Shown: piece after piece, positions 8,918 to 17,522 of the stretch | Layout of the letters: each line of letters begins with the position of its first letter | How positions within the stretch are numbered: the stretch's first letter is position 1 | Virus record (IMG/VR): IMGVR_UViG_3300002334_000208 | Strand: one strand, 5' to 3' | DNA: 21,105 bases | Source: a virus | Lineage: Duplodnaviria; Heunggongvirae; Uroviricota; Caudoviricetes | Notes under the pieces: model-generated | The model's database searches: none | What the model was told of the DNA's origin: nothing | The model's input: only the letters and a program-made list of their open reading frames with translations | Made by a program: the position numbers and the translations under genes

Positions 8918-9616
8918 TTTGAGTTTGGAAAATGCGGTAACCCACTCGCGCGCATGCTCTGATCGAACCACATCCTCCGGTAGGAACTCAACAATGTCGG
9001 CGTCTATGTCAAACTTTTCAATAATCTTCAACACATCTTCCAGACCTGAATCATTTATATCAATTTGTGAGGGATCGCCAGTCACAACATATGTGGTGTT
9101 CTCGCCTTTTCTTGTCAAGAATAATCTCAGATCGGAAAAGGAACAATTCTGTGCTTCATCCAAGATGACGAAAGCATCCCTGAATGTGCGTCCGCGCATG
9201 TGCTCAAATGACAGGAATTCAATTTCTTTTGTCATCAGCATGCGCTGCAGCTCGTTGGTGCTGACTTCATCTTTGAACGCATCCATGAGTGGGACCAACC
9301 ATGGTGCCAATTTCTGTTCCAGCTTGCCTGGGAGAAAACCCTGTGCATGCCGTGGGTCGGAAACAGTAGGTCTGGCGATGAGAATTTTGGAGGTCTGGCG
9401 TGCTTTCAATTTTTGAATAGCGATCCGAGCAGACAGCCATGTCTTGCCGGTGCCAGCTTCGCCTACTGCAAAAACTTGATCGCAATTCTGCAGGCTATCT
9501 ATGAGATCGCGCTGCCGGTCATTTCTTGGGATTATGGGAGGTGCTTGATGTGCTTTTTTCGCAGCTCTTCGCTGTTGACGTTTTCGGGCCTTATTACTAA
9601 TTGATTGCTCAGACAA
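8915..9616 (-). CDS. phoH: PhoH-like ATPase (233 aa)
   Basis: Walker A GEAGTGKT, GFLPG, MRGRTF, ILDEAQN and TGDPSQID motifs; TTG start after an AGGAG SD. Confidence 0.95.
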   Translation of the reverse strand: MSEQSISNKARKRQQRRAAKKAHQAPPIIPRNDRQRDLIDSLQNCDQVFAVGEAGTGKTWLSARIAIQKLKARQTSKILIARPTVSDPRHAQGFLPGKLEQKLAPWLVPLMDAFKDEVSTNELQRMLMTKEIEFLSFEHMRGRTFRDAFVILDEAQNCSFSDLRLFLTRKGENTTYVVTGDPSQIDINDSGLEDVLKIIEKFDIDADIVEFLPEDVVRSEHAREWVTAFSKLK

Positions 9617-9640
9617 TACAGTCTCCTAAGCGTTAGTTTT

Positions 9641-9814
9641 TCAGTTCGAAGTGTGGCAATCGCAGGCCGGGGCGGCGAACGATGCCGGGATAATAGCTTG
9701 TGTTTTATTCTTTTCAAAAGAGTTCATTATAGGAATAGCAAAGAAAATAACCAAAGCAAGTAATAGTGCGCTGGTCCCATATTTATTCCAAAGATAATAC
9801 AGTGCTTTTTCCAT
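9641..9814 (-). CDS. Small membrane protein (57 aa; start MEKALYY)
   Basis: ATG two bases after the upstream stop; single hydrophobic helix SALLLALVIFFAIPIM; C-terminal CDC. Confidence 0.55.
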   Translation of the reverse strand: MEKALYYLWNKYGTSALLLALVIFFAIPIMNSFEKNKTQAIIPASFAAPACDCHTSN

Positions 9815-9815
9815 A

Positions 9816-10043
9816 TTATTGCACAAGCACTTGTTGCATGATAGCTCCGAGGAAGCCAAGAAGAACGAACATCGTGATCCGCATTAGAATGGTATTGATT
9901 TTACTCACACCTTTTTTGATATCTTCCATAGTTTCTGTCATGTGTTCAACGTCTTTACGGTCAAGTGCCGTTTTCAGTTCTTGATCATGCATACGCTGTT
10001 CAAGTTTTTTAAGTCGATCATTGAAATCTGTTATTTCGCCCAT
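9816..10043 (-). CDS. Coiled-coil plus C-terminal TM protein, XhlA-like/holin-like (75 aa)
   Basis: Heptad-rich N-terminus and TM segment ILMRITMFVLLGFLGAIM; GAGAG SD-like sequence upstream. Confidence 0.6.
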   Translation of the reverse strand: MGEITDFNDRLKKLEQRMHDQELKTALDRKDVEHMTETMEDIKKGVSKINTILMRITMFVLLGFLGAIMQQVLVQ

Positions 10044-10066
10044 GGGTTTCTGCTCTCTTGTGGTAG

Positions 10067-10157
10067 CAGCGCCCCGCGCTGGATTGAATGAGTGAGGCCG
10101 GTGTCTAATGCTCGACTTTTAGAATACACTTGAGTTGAAAGAGCTTTCACCGCCTCA
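10067..10157 (-). promoter_or_regulatory. Structured 5' leader upstream of the holin-like gene
   Basis: TGAGGCGGTG/CACCGGCCTCA stem, internal TCTAA/TTAGA stem, GCTC/GAGC pairing and a CAGCGC/GCGCTG hairpin. Confidence 0.4.
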
Positions 10158-10159
10158 AT

Positions 10160-10196
10160 ATTACAGTATCACGAGATATGGTTAACAAGCAATAGA
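10160..10196 (-). promoter_or_regulatory. Promoter candidate: GTTAACCATATCTC plus TGaTACTGT
   Basis: Same core as the 8894-8907 site; intergenic. Confidence 0.42.
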
Positions 10197-10211
10197 TTAA
10201 AAATAAATATT

Positions 10212-10811
10212 TTATACAATCGCGATGACTGTCGTATAGCTTATGTCCAACAGTGCGGAGAAACTGGAAGCATCACCATTGCCAGTATCGATTGTTGATG
10301 GTGTAAAATATTCCAGCGTTCCACCACCATCGTTTGTGGCTCTGAGTCTGAACTGGGCATCGGCTGGAGAAGCCTGCCCTTGTCCAAATTCCATACTGAT
10401 GAAACCTTCGCCATTTGATGCTATTTCCACCTGTCTGAGCGTGTTCGGAGTAGCAACCCAGGTGCTTCCACTATCTACACTGGATTCTACCCATATTAGC
10501 AATTCAGAAGCCTGTCCGCCGCCTGCTCTTTGAAGATGCAGGGATAATAGAGACACAGCGGTAGATAATGCAACTTTCAGTGTCACAACGCCATTGACTA
10601 CAAGCATATCGTCGTTTTCGACAGAGCCAAAGTCAATTGTCACACAGGACGCTGAATCTCCCGAAATAAAAGTTGGTATCGTTGTCCCGGCAGACTCGCT
10701 GTGCGCTGCTACGTTTTTCGTGAACTCAGTGATTAACGTGATAAAATTATCGTTAATTTTACCTGCTGCAACTCCCCAAGTTGTTGAGGATAGGATTGTT
10801 GAAATGCTCAT
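10212..10811 (-). CDS. Putative virion structural/fibre protein (199 aa)
   Basis: N-terminal KINDNF motif often seen at the start of virion fibre proteins; beta-rich C-terminus. Confidence 0.55.
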   Translation of the reverse strand: MSISTILSSTTWGVAAGKINDNFITLITEFTKNVAAHSESAGTTIPTFISGDSASCVTIDFGSVENDDMLVVNGVVTLKVALSTAVSLLSLHLQRAGGGQASELLIWVESSVDSGSTWVATPNTLRQVEIASNGEGFISMEFGQGQASPADAQFRLRATNDGGGTLEYFTPSTIDTGNGDASSFSALLDISYTTVIAIV

Positions 10812-10828
10812 TATATTTCTTTCTCTGA

Positions 10829-12775
10829 TTAAGCAGTTTTTGTTATATGCTCGGCAATCTCAGTTGGAGTTAATGCCCGATCCACTAATGTAGCCACACC
10901 AATTCGACCTAGTATGCCAGCTCCACCACTATTGCTGAGGTCGCCTAAATACGATCTAGTGTGCCATGCAGTGGGGTCAGCCACTGACGTGTTCTCATCT
11001 ATCTCAACACCATCCACATATTCTTTCATAGTTGTAGATGCCGCATCATATGTCACAGCAAAATGATACCATGTGTCTATTGCAGGGGCTGGTGATGCCG
11101 ATGCCACTTGATCGAAGGCACCATTGTGTGCAGCCTGCCAAGCATTTGACGGAACCCAAAGAAGGTGCGAGTGGGTTCCTACAGGAGCATAGTATGCAGA
11201 CCATACATTCATATTGCCAGCCAATGAATCAAATTTTACCCACACTAATTTTGAATAACTGCTGGCAATTAAATCAGCAGTACCATCTAATTCAACACTA
11301 TCATCCGCTGCCGGTACTGATATAACATTTTTACCAACATCAGAATCAAAAACAATTGCTGCTGAGTTCACGAAGGTGACAGTCGCCGATCCAACCAAAT
11401 CATCTGAGCCTACAGACACGTCAATGTGATTAGTGATATTTGCCGCAAAAGTAAATCCGAGTGTTGCGGTCGCTTCTATGTTGCTCGCCACACTTGCTCC
11501 AATCGCATTTATTGCAGATATTCTGTATTGGTAGGAAGTCGCGGCGGCTAGTCCAGTGTCATTGTGAGATGTAACAGCACCTATTCCAGAAGCAACCACA
11601 GAAAAATTACCCCCTGTAAACTTTCTTTCTATCACATAATCTGTGATAGTTGACTCTCCGTCAAACACAGGAGCTGTCCACGCCAAAGCCACAGTTGTTG
11701 CTGCCGGTGTTGCATCAAAAGTTATCACTTTATTTGGCACCGCCGGGCTTGCCGGAATACTTCCATTGTTGCCTCGGGCACTTTCCCAGCTATCAAAATA
11801 TCTACTGCCTAATTTTCTCAGAGATTCAGAATCGAAATGAAGATTGTCTCCTTGTAAAGTGAGATTGGCGGTATCCACATAAGCACAATTTACAAAATTG
11901 TCTGGTATCGCAGCCATGGCATCATCCATCTCTTGTCGATCTGAATTTATTATAAACTCGTCACAGAAACCTCCAGCTACAAATGGCCCAGTTACGTCTA
12001 CAAGCATTTGATCAATCATAGCATACAATAAATTAGGATATGTGACAGGTATGCCTACATCAGACTCGCCTTGCTGCCAGAGTGTTCCTCCCATTAGGGC
12101 GTTTGGTACTAGACTCTTTGCCAAAATAATTCTAGCAACGGCATCAGAATAAAGCGAGTCTACCGGATTCCAAAAATCATTAGAGAAACCTGATCCAGAT
12201 TTTCCATGTGGTACTAAAATTAATGTTGCATTAGGGTACCTTCTCATGAAAGCTATCGCAAATTGTAAAGCAAACCCCATGTCTCCAGGCGTTTCATCCA
12301 CGTGATCGAGAGGTACCGTAGCTGCGACTATTTCTCCAGATTGATTTAATTGCATTACACCATCTGGATATGCCTGCCCACTATCAAACGTATCAGAGCC
12401 TACAGCATTTGACTGACCAAAAACTCCGACAATTGCAGGTCCAGTGATTTCTGCCGGGAACCCTCTTTGTGCCACCGGTACAGAATCAATTGAGAAATGT
12501 AGTTTAACATCTGAAATGGTGATTGTGCCCGAAGGCTCACCATCGGCAAGGATAACGCTGACTGCGCTCCCCGCGCGCGGTCCTACATATACTGCTAAAT
12601 TTGGTGCCACGTAAGTATCATCAGTAGTGGCATCAGTACCATCAACTCTGTAATGAAATCCTTGTTTAGAGATCATACGCACAGTAGCAGAATAATTATA
12701 CGCTGTCGCACTCTCTGCTGTAGCAGCAGCAGCTTCCAACTCTTGCGATGATATTTCGTAGAATGATTCAGACAT
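10829..12775 (-). CDS. Virion protein: shared N-module + SGNH/SASA (DUF303-like) acetylesterase + FN3 + LamG-like domain (648 aa)
   Basis: GQSN, WQQGESD and DNLHF catalytic motifs; FN3 pattern (VALAWTAP...ITDYVIE...YQYRISAINAIG); LamG pattern (WYHFAVTYD...YVDG). Confidence 0.85.
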   Translation of the reverse strand: MSESFYEISSQELEAAAATAESATAYNYSATVRMISKQGFHYRVDGTDATTDDTYVAPNLAVYVGPRAGSAVSVILADGEPSGTITISDVKLHFSIDSVPVAQRGFPAEITGPAIVGVFGQSNAVGSDTFDSGQAYPDGVMQLNQSGEIVAATVPLDHVDETPGDMGFALQFAIAFMRRYPNATLILVPHGKSGSGFSNDFWNPVDSLYSDAVARIILAKSLVPNALMGGTLWQQGESDVGIPVTYPNLLYAMIDQMLVDVTGPFVAGGFCDEFIINSDRQEMDDAMAAIPDNFVNCAYVDTANLTLQGDNLHFDSESLRKLGSRYFDSWESARGNNGSIPASPAVPNKVITFDATPAATTVALAWTAPVFDGESTITDYVIERKFTGGNFSVVASGIGAVTSHNDTGLAAATSYQYRISAINAIGASVASNIEATATLGFTFAANITNHIDVSVGSDDLVGSATVTFVNSAAIVFDSDVGKNVISVPAADDSVELDGTADLIASSYSKLVWVKFDSLAGNMNVWSAYYAPVGTHSHLLWVPSNAWQAAHNGAFDQVASASPAPAIDTWYHFAVTYDAASTTMKEYVDGVEIDENTSVADPTAWHTRSYLGDLSNSGGAGILGRIGVATLVDRALTPTEIAEHITKTA

Positions 12776-12777
12776 TT

Positions 12778-14244
12778 TTATTCCTTACCTGCTTTTTCTG
12801 ATAACCATGTTATCAGTAATGTATCTTCTGCTGCTGTTAATTCTTCTGTTATCACTATTTGATTTGTCAGCCCAGAAAACCTCAAACTATCAGAAGCCGC
12901 TCCCCATCCTGAAAAAGATAAAATATCATTTGTCATATCTAATCCTTTTATGGTTATTACGTGAGGTGTTCCGTCTGATGCTTCGGTGTGTAATTGTTGT
13001 CTCGTATGCGGCGACACAGCTACACCATCGACGAAAGTTCCACGAGTTGCAGCCGGTGAATTTATATCTGCACTTATATCTCCAGAATCAAATCTCCCAG
13101 CGTATGGAGCAGACGTGCCTTCAAATCCTCCAGAAGAAAACAGTACAGAATCATCATCTGACGTTGTGCCTGCCCAATAGAAATCTAAATCGCTAACATT
13201 GGCATTCTCATTTAAAAATCCGATAGCATAGCCATCATTTGTTCCATCAGTATTAATTCCATATATGCCATTTACTATGCCGAGTAAACCACGATATTCT
13301 GCAGTTGATTGTGACATGTGCGCGCCTATCAGCGGACGTTCATATGCGTAATCTATTTCCCATTCAGTAACCCCGGAAAATGCACTAGATATTATCAATG
13401 AAGGATGGGATAGAATGAGTCTCTGATCTATCTCAAACCATTCCCCAATGGTCGATTCTCGTGGCACAATATCAGTCCATGTACCATGATATGTCTGCAA
13501 TGAAGTGGACGTAGAACCACTGACTCTTCTAGCTCTCATGTTTCTTTTATTTATTGTGTTTAGAGGAATTCCCTGCTGTATTCCGGCTAAATTAGCGGTT
13601 GCTGTAAACACATAATTACCATCCACAACGGCTCCCACACTCATATTACTCAGAGCATATGGATTCCAACCATTTGGTATCAATATGCCTCCGCCTGCAT
13701 CATAAGTTCCTTCTGAGAAATTAGGATTCTCCAATATATTAGATTGTTTCGCAATGAATTCATCTGGAGACATGTCACGAATAACGGCCTTATCTAATAT
13801 AGTATAAACTGAATCTAAATGTGCATTGACCGGATCAACAGCAAAGGCATCCTTGTACATTTTTGTCAAGTCAGACAGGTCCCATATGTGTCTCAATTTG
13901 CTGCCCAGCATGAAAGGGTGCCATTTAACATCCGGTGTAGGATTAATTGTGACTGCACCTTTTTGACTGTAAAGCCTTATTGAAGACAAGAATACATCAC
14001 CGGACGTTTCTCCTGAGGCAAGCAGCACGCTTACTAGCGTATCTTTAGGTGGATTGATTAATATTGGATCGTTGGCATCCACCAGAGTATCAGACGTTGT
14101 GGCAACTGTCCCTATAGCATAATGAAATGATTTTGTAGAGACTATTCGAACCAAAGCACCATATGAATAAGCGTCAGCATTGCTAACCACATCTGGGATA
14201 ACACTGACAGATTGAGAAGATATTGTGTGAAAGGCTTCTGCCAT
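12778..14244 (-). CDS. Virion protein: shared N-module + beta-rich, possibly carbohydrate-binding domains (488 aa)
   Basis: N-terminus homologous to neighbours; ILENPNFSEG...PNGW suggests a CBM-like domain; LRHIWDLSDL and QIVIT ends are typical of fibre lectin domains. Confidence 0.65.
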   Translation of the reverse strand: MAEAFHTISSQSVSVIPDVVSNADAYSYGALVRIVSTKSFHYAIGTVATTSDTLVDANDPILINPPKDTLVSVLLASGETSGDVFLSSIRLYSQKGAVTINPTPDVKWHPFMLGSKLRHIWDLSDLTKMYKDAFAVDPVNAHLDSVYTILDKAVIRDMSPDEFIAKQSNILENPNFSEGTYDAGGGILIPNGWNPYALSNMSVGAVVDGNYVFTATANLAGIQQGIPLNTINKRNMRARRVSGSTSTSLQTYHGTWTDIVPRESTIGEWFEIDQRLILSHPSLIISSAFSGVTEWEIDYAYERPLIGAHMSQSTAEYRGLLGIVNGIYGINTDGTNDGYAIGFLNENANVSDLDFYWAGTTSDDDSVLFSSGGFEGTSAPYAGRFDSGDISADINSPAATRGTFVDGVAVSPHTRQQLHTEASDGTPHVITIKGLDMTNDILSFSGWGAASDSLRFSGLTNQIVITEELTAAEDTLLITWLSEKAGKE

Positions 14245-14256
14245 AATTTTTCTTTC

Positions 14257-16449
14257 TTAGCTAACAAATACTGGTGTGCACACTAATTTGAATGTATCAG
14301 TTCTTGTGCCGGAGGTGTTGTAGATATAAAAATCAGATATACCCGTTTGTCTTATAAATGGTCTGTCAATTATAGCACGAGAAAACAGTCGAGTAAACTG
14401 TCCCCCTTGTACAGTATGCTGATGGTGATGATAATATGCGTTGCCGTACCCTTCGCCGCTTATCGTTGCATTTATCATGCTATTTTTTGTTGTATTGGTA
14501 AAACTTCCCCAAGTCGATCCATTATAAGTCGTGAGTAATCCGCCTCTTGTGGCAAAATCTCCCAGACCTATTCCCACAACATAACAAGTCGTCCCATTTA
14601 CTGGCGAAGGCACATCTGCGCTGTCGCTGAAAGCATAATCAACAGTATGTGAAACTGTGCTGGTTGCATCAGTGCTCACAACTTTTACATCCCATTCCCA
14701 GTCCCTATAGCCATTTACTTGCGGCTTCATGAGCTGAATGTATCTACCTATGGTCGTGTTGTATGTTGCTTCAACAGTCAACGGTCTCTTGTTTAAAGAG
14801 TCCATTCGTTCAACAATAATTTGTCCAATATTCACAGTACCTGTGCATTGAATTAAAGACAAAGCTATAGAGGCGTGGTGCCCATTACCGGTATACATTA
14901 TCATTTCATGTATAGCATAATCTCCACCCGTTGACTCATAAGGTAAATTGTATGCCAGATCACCTTGTAAAAGACGATACGAATTTATGTACGAACTAGC
15001 CGTCCCATCTGTATTCCCAGTTTGCGTGATCAGTCCTACTTCCAGCCCATGATTCCTATTTCCAGGGCCTCCGTTGAGCACCATCTCCGTTCCAATTTTG
15101 TAGCGAATTTTTACTCTGTATCTTGTGAACGGATTGACAATGAACGTCTCTGTCTGATATCGAGTTAAATTCACACTGCTTCTATATGCCGTGGCAGTCA
15201 TTAGAATAGAGTGTGCTGATTCATTTAAAGTTTCGCCATCGTCAAACTCACAAGTATCACCAGACGCAGCAACAAATGCTCCATTGTTAACATTTGTGAA
15301 CGCAGAATCATAAATAAGATTTGCCGCGCCAATCGCCGACCATGGCACTAATTGTACGCCACTTTCTACGCACACCCGGCACAGTTCTTCAAGATGGGCT
15401 GCATGAATATACGGTATTCCCTCGGCATCACCTTCGGCAGCTGTCTGTGGAGTGTAATGTGCATAGATAATTGCTGTTTTCTTATGTGATCCACACCCTC
15501 GAACAAAAGCTAGGAGTCTTTGAAAGGCCGCATCATTATTGCTTGGGTCTGCCGGTATCGCAGACCAGTGTTGTGTAAACTCACTTTCCTGATCGGTTAT
15601 GTACAAATGATTTCCGCTGACTCCAATATCCCCATTGATTGATCTCACCTTATCATACAATGAATAGTATGCGTTATCACTATCTGTGTTTCTCGCACCT
15701 CCACGGTAGACAGCACCATTAATTTTGTAATTAGAATATTTCGGGTACGTCAGAGTTCCGGCAACAAAATCATTCCCATTCCAAACCAATTCACCAGTCA
15801 GGAGCTGGACTATTTGTAGATTTTCGGCTGCTGCATCAGCTGCCATTACGTCTTCATCAGCCGATAGATTTAAATTTGGATGATTGCATATTTCCCAACC
15901 ATAATCTTCTATCAGACTGCGCATAGCATCTGCTGTCACCCACGGTCGCCCAGCACCATCTTCGTTGTCCACATCTTCTACTTCAAGAGACAGTGATGCA
16001 GAGAAGCCATGCTTTGCTAAAATTGGCGCAGCTATCTCCCAATTATTGTAATATCCATCATCAAATATCAATACCATCTGAGTTGGTACCAGGCGCGTGG
16101 CTGCAATAACTTGTTCTATAGCACTGGTGTCAGTTACAGCGATTTCAGAAGAGCTGCGGTCGCCCGGATACTTATTGATGGAAGACACATTGATGGTACC
16201 AGCTGATTGCCCAGCAGCAAGGATCAAGCTTACCGGTACCCCTTTAGATGGCGCAACCTCCACAGAGCCTCCAGCATTCACCAAAGTGGAAGAGATCGTC
16301 GCGTCTGATCCATCGATTGTAAAGTGAAATGCTTTTGGTGACGTTAACCGGACCATGGTCGCGAAAGTATAAGCCACCGCTTTGTCTTCCACCATAGGTG
16401 TTAGATCAACGGTCTGCGTAGATGTGACGTAGAATGATTCAGATAACAT
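14257..16449 (-). CDS. Virion protein: shared N-module + NodB/CE4 polysaccharide deacetylase-like + CBM-like domains (730 aa)
   Basis: LIFDDG...APILAKHGF...GWEICNH pattern, followed by a jelly-roll-like region. Confidence 0.8.
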   Translation of the reverse strand: MLSESFYVTSTQTVDLTPMVEDKAVAYTFATMVRLTSPKAFHFTIDGSDATISSTLVNAGGSVEVAPSKGVPVSLILAAGQSAGTINVSSINKYPGDRSSSEIAVTDTSAIEQVIAATRLVPTQMVLIFDDGYYNNWEIAAPILAKHGFSASLSLEVEDVDNEDGAGRPWVTADAMRSLIEDYGWEICNHPNLNLSADEDVMAADAAAENLQIVQLLTGELVWNGNDFVAGTLTYPKYSNYKINGAVYRGGARNTDSDNAYYSLYDKVRSINGDIGVSGNHLYITDQESEFTQHWSAIPADPSNNDAAFQRLLAFVRGCGSHKKTAIIYAHYTPQTAAEGDAEGIPYIHAAHLEELCRVCVESGVQLVPWSAIGAANLIYDSAFTNVNNGAFVAASGDTCEFDDGETLNESAHSILMTATAYRSSVNLTRYQTETFIVNPFTRYRVKIRYKIGTEMVLNGGPGNRNHGLEVGLITQTGNTDGTASSYINSYRLLQGDLAYNLPYESTGGDYAIHEMIMYTGNGHHASIALSLIQCTGTVNIGQIIVERMDSLNKRPLTVEATYNTTIGRYIQLMKPQVNGYRDWEWDVKVVSTDATSTVSHTVDYAFSDSADVPSPVNGTTCYVVGIGLGDFATRGGLLTTYNGSTWGSFTNTTKNSMINATISGEGYGNAYYHHHQHTVQGGQFTRLFSRAIIDRPFIRQTGISDFYIYNTSGTRTDTFKLVCTPVFVS

Positions 16450-16465
16450 CGCCGGTCCTTAATCC

Positions 16466-16492
16466 AAAAAGGCCGGAACTAATGTCCGGCCT
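16466..16492 (-). terminator. Rho-independent terminator
   Basis: AGGCCGGA-7 nt-TCCGGCCT followed by TTTT on the minus strand. Confidence 0.8.
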
Positions 16493-16518
16493 GTTTAATT
16501 TGTGGTAGCCGTTACAGC

Positions 16519-16935
16519 TTACTTTTTGTCTTTGCCTTTACCAGTATTTGCAACTGGAATTTGGGCTTCGGCTTTTTTAACAACCTTCTCTGTTTGTGCA
16601 ACAGCAGGCGCTTCACTTGGTTTTGATCCAGCAGCTTTTTTGATTTCAACTACATCAGGAGAAAGACCTTCGTTTTCTGTAGCTTCGTCCTCTGCAACTT
16701 TCGCAGCATCTGCAGCTTCGTCAGCAGGAGCCTTTGCAGCTTCCTTTGCAGCTTCCTTTGCAGCTTTAACTACATCGTCGGTTGCTGGTTTGAAAATAGG
16801 TTGTACCGGAGAATTTGAGGATGTTTTCCAGCCTAGAAGCTGTACAGCATCAAAAGCATTTGGAACACTCATTGCGTGAACTTTGCCTTTAAGGTCGGTT
16901 ACGTTGAGGGTGATTTCATCTTTAGCAGTTGGCAT
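16519..16935 (-). CDS. Hypothetical protein with Ala/Lys/Glu-rich low-complexity C-terminus (138 aa)
   Basis: Short folded N-terminus followed by KAAKEAAKEAAKAPADEAA repeats. Confidence 0.7.
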   Translation of the reverse strand: MPTAKDEITLNVTDLKGKVHAMSVPNAFDAVQLLGWKTSSNSPVQPIFKPATDDVVKAAKEAAKEAAKAPADEAADAAKVAEDEATENEGLSPDVVEIKKAAGSKPSEAPAVAQTEKVVKKAEAQIPVANTGKGKDKK

Positions 16936-16984
16936 ATTGAATCCAATCGTGTGTGTCGAGTATTATCGAGTTGAAGAAACGAAC

Positions 16985-17008
16985 AGGCCGGGAGATAAGT
17001 CCCGACCT
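16985..17008 (-). terminator. Probable terminator after decoration gene
   Basis: AGGTCGGGA-6 nt-TCCCGGCCT followed by GTTCGTTTCTT. Confidence 0.6.
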
Positions 17009-17024
17009 ATTATGTTAGAGAAGC

Positions 17025-17444
17025 TTATGCAGCGCCTGTGATAGGAGCCATGTATGCCCAGAAACCAGCAGCGGATGTGCCATCAGCTTTAGTTGATTTA
17101 ACGCGGATTGCCGTAGCAGCACCGAGTTGTTCACGAGTTAGCGTATATGTGAATGCGCCAACAGCAGTAACCACTTTTGTTACCTGTGCAACGGTGTCAT
17201 CAAAAGCACCAGTGACTGATGTCTCGATTGTGAGTGTTGCGCCAGAGTCAACAATTGCGTCAATAGCACCGAAAACTGTGAAGTCCAGAGCTACAGCGTT
17301 TTCGCTGTTATTCCAATATGCAGAAAGCAGATCGAAAGAGATTACAGCAGAAGTAACATCGTTGTTAGCTGCTGGGGGAGTTGTGCCAGTGGCAAGAAAC
17401 ACTGTTTCGGCGTCAATTGAGTGGCGGACAGATGATGCAGTCAT
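17025..17444 (-). CDS. Minor capsid/decoration protein (139 aa)
   Basis: Small Thr/Ala/Val-rich beta protein directly after the major capsid gene. Confidence 0.7.
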   Translation of the reverse strand: MTASSVRHSIDAETVFLATGTTPPAANNDVTSAVISFDLLSAYWNNSENAVALDFTVFGAIDAIVDSGATLTIETSVTGAFDDTVAQVTKVVTAVGAFTYTLTREQLGAATAIRVKSTKADGTSAAGFWAYMAPITGAA

Positions 17445-17495
17445 AATTTTATCCTTAAAGTTGCATTCTTTTGTTGTGCGTAGGACTTATTGAAC

Positions 17496-17515
17496 GTGGG
17501 GTTTTTACACCCCAC
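17496..17515 (-). terminator. Hairpin after capsid gene (weak terminator or mRNA stabiliser)
   Basis: GTGGGGT-6 nt-ACCCCAC with a poor U-tract. Confidence 0.45.
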
Positions 17516-17522
17516 TAATCAA

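Noticed and set aside
5563-10157. Known ribozymes/riboswitches (hammerhead, HDV, pistol, c-di-GMP) in the two leaders
   Set aside because: Conserved cores (e.g. CUGAUGA/GAAA) are absent and the topologies do not match.
15286-16348. GTTAAC at 15286 and 16343
   Set aside because: Inside a CDS and lacking the conserved flanks of the intergenic motif.
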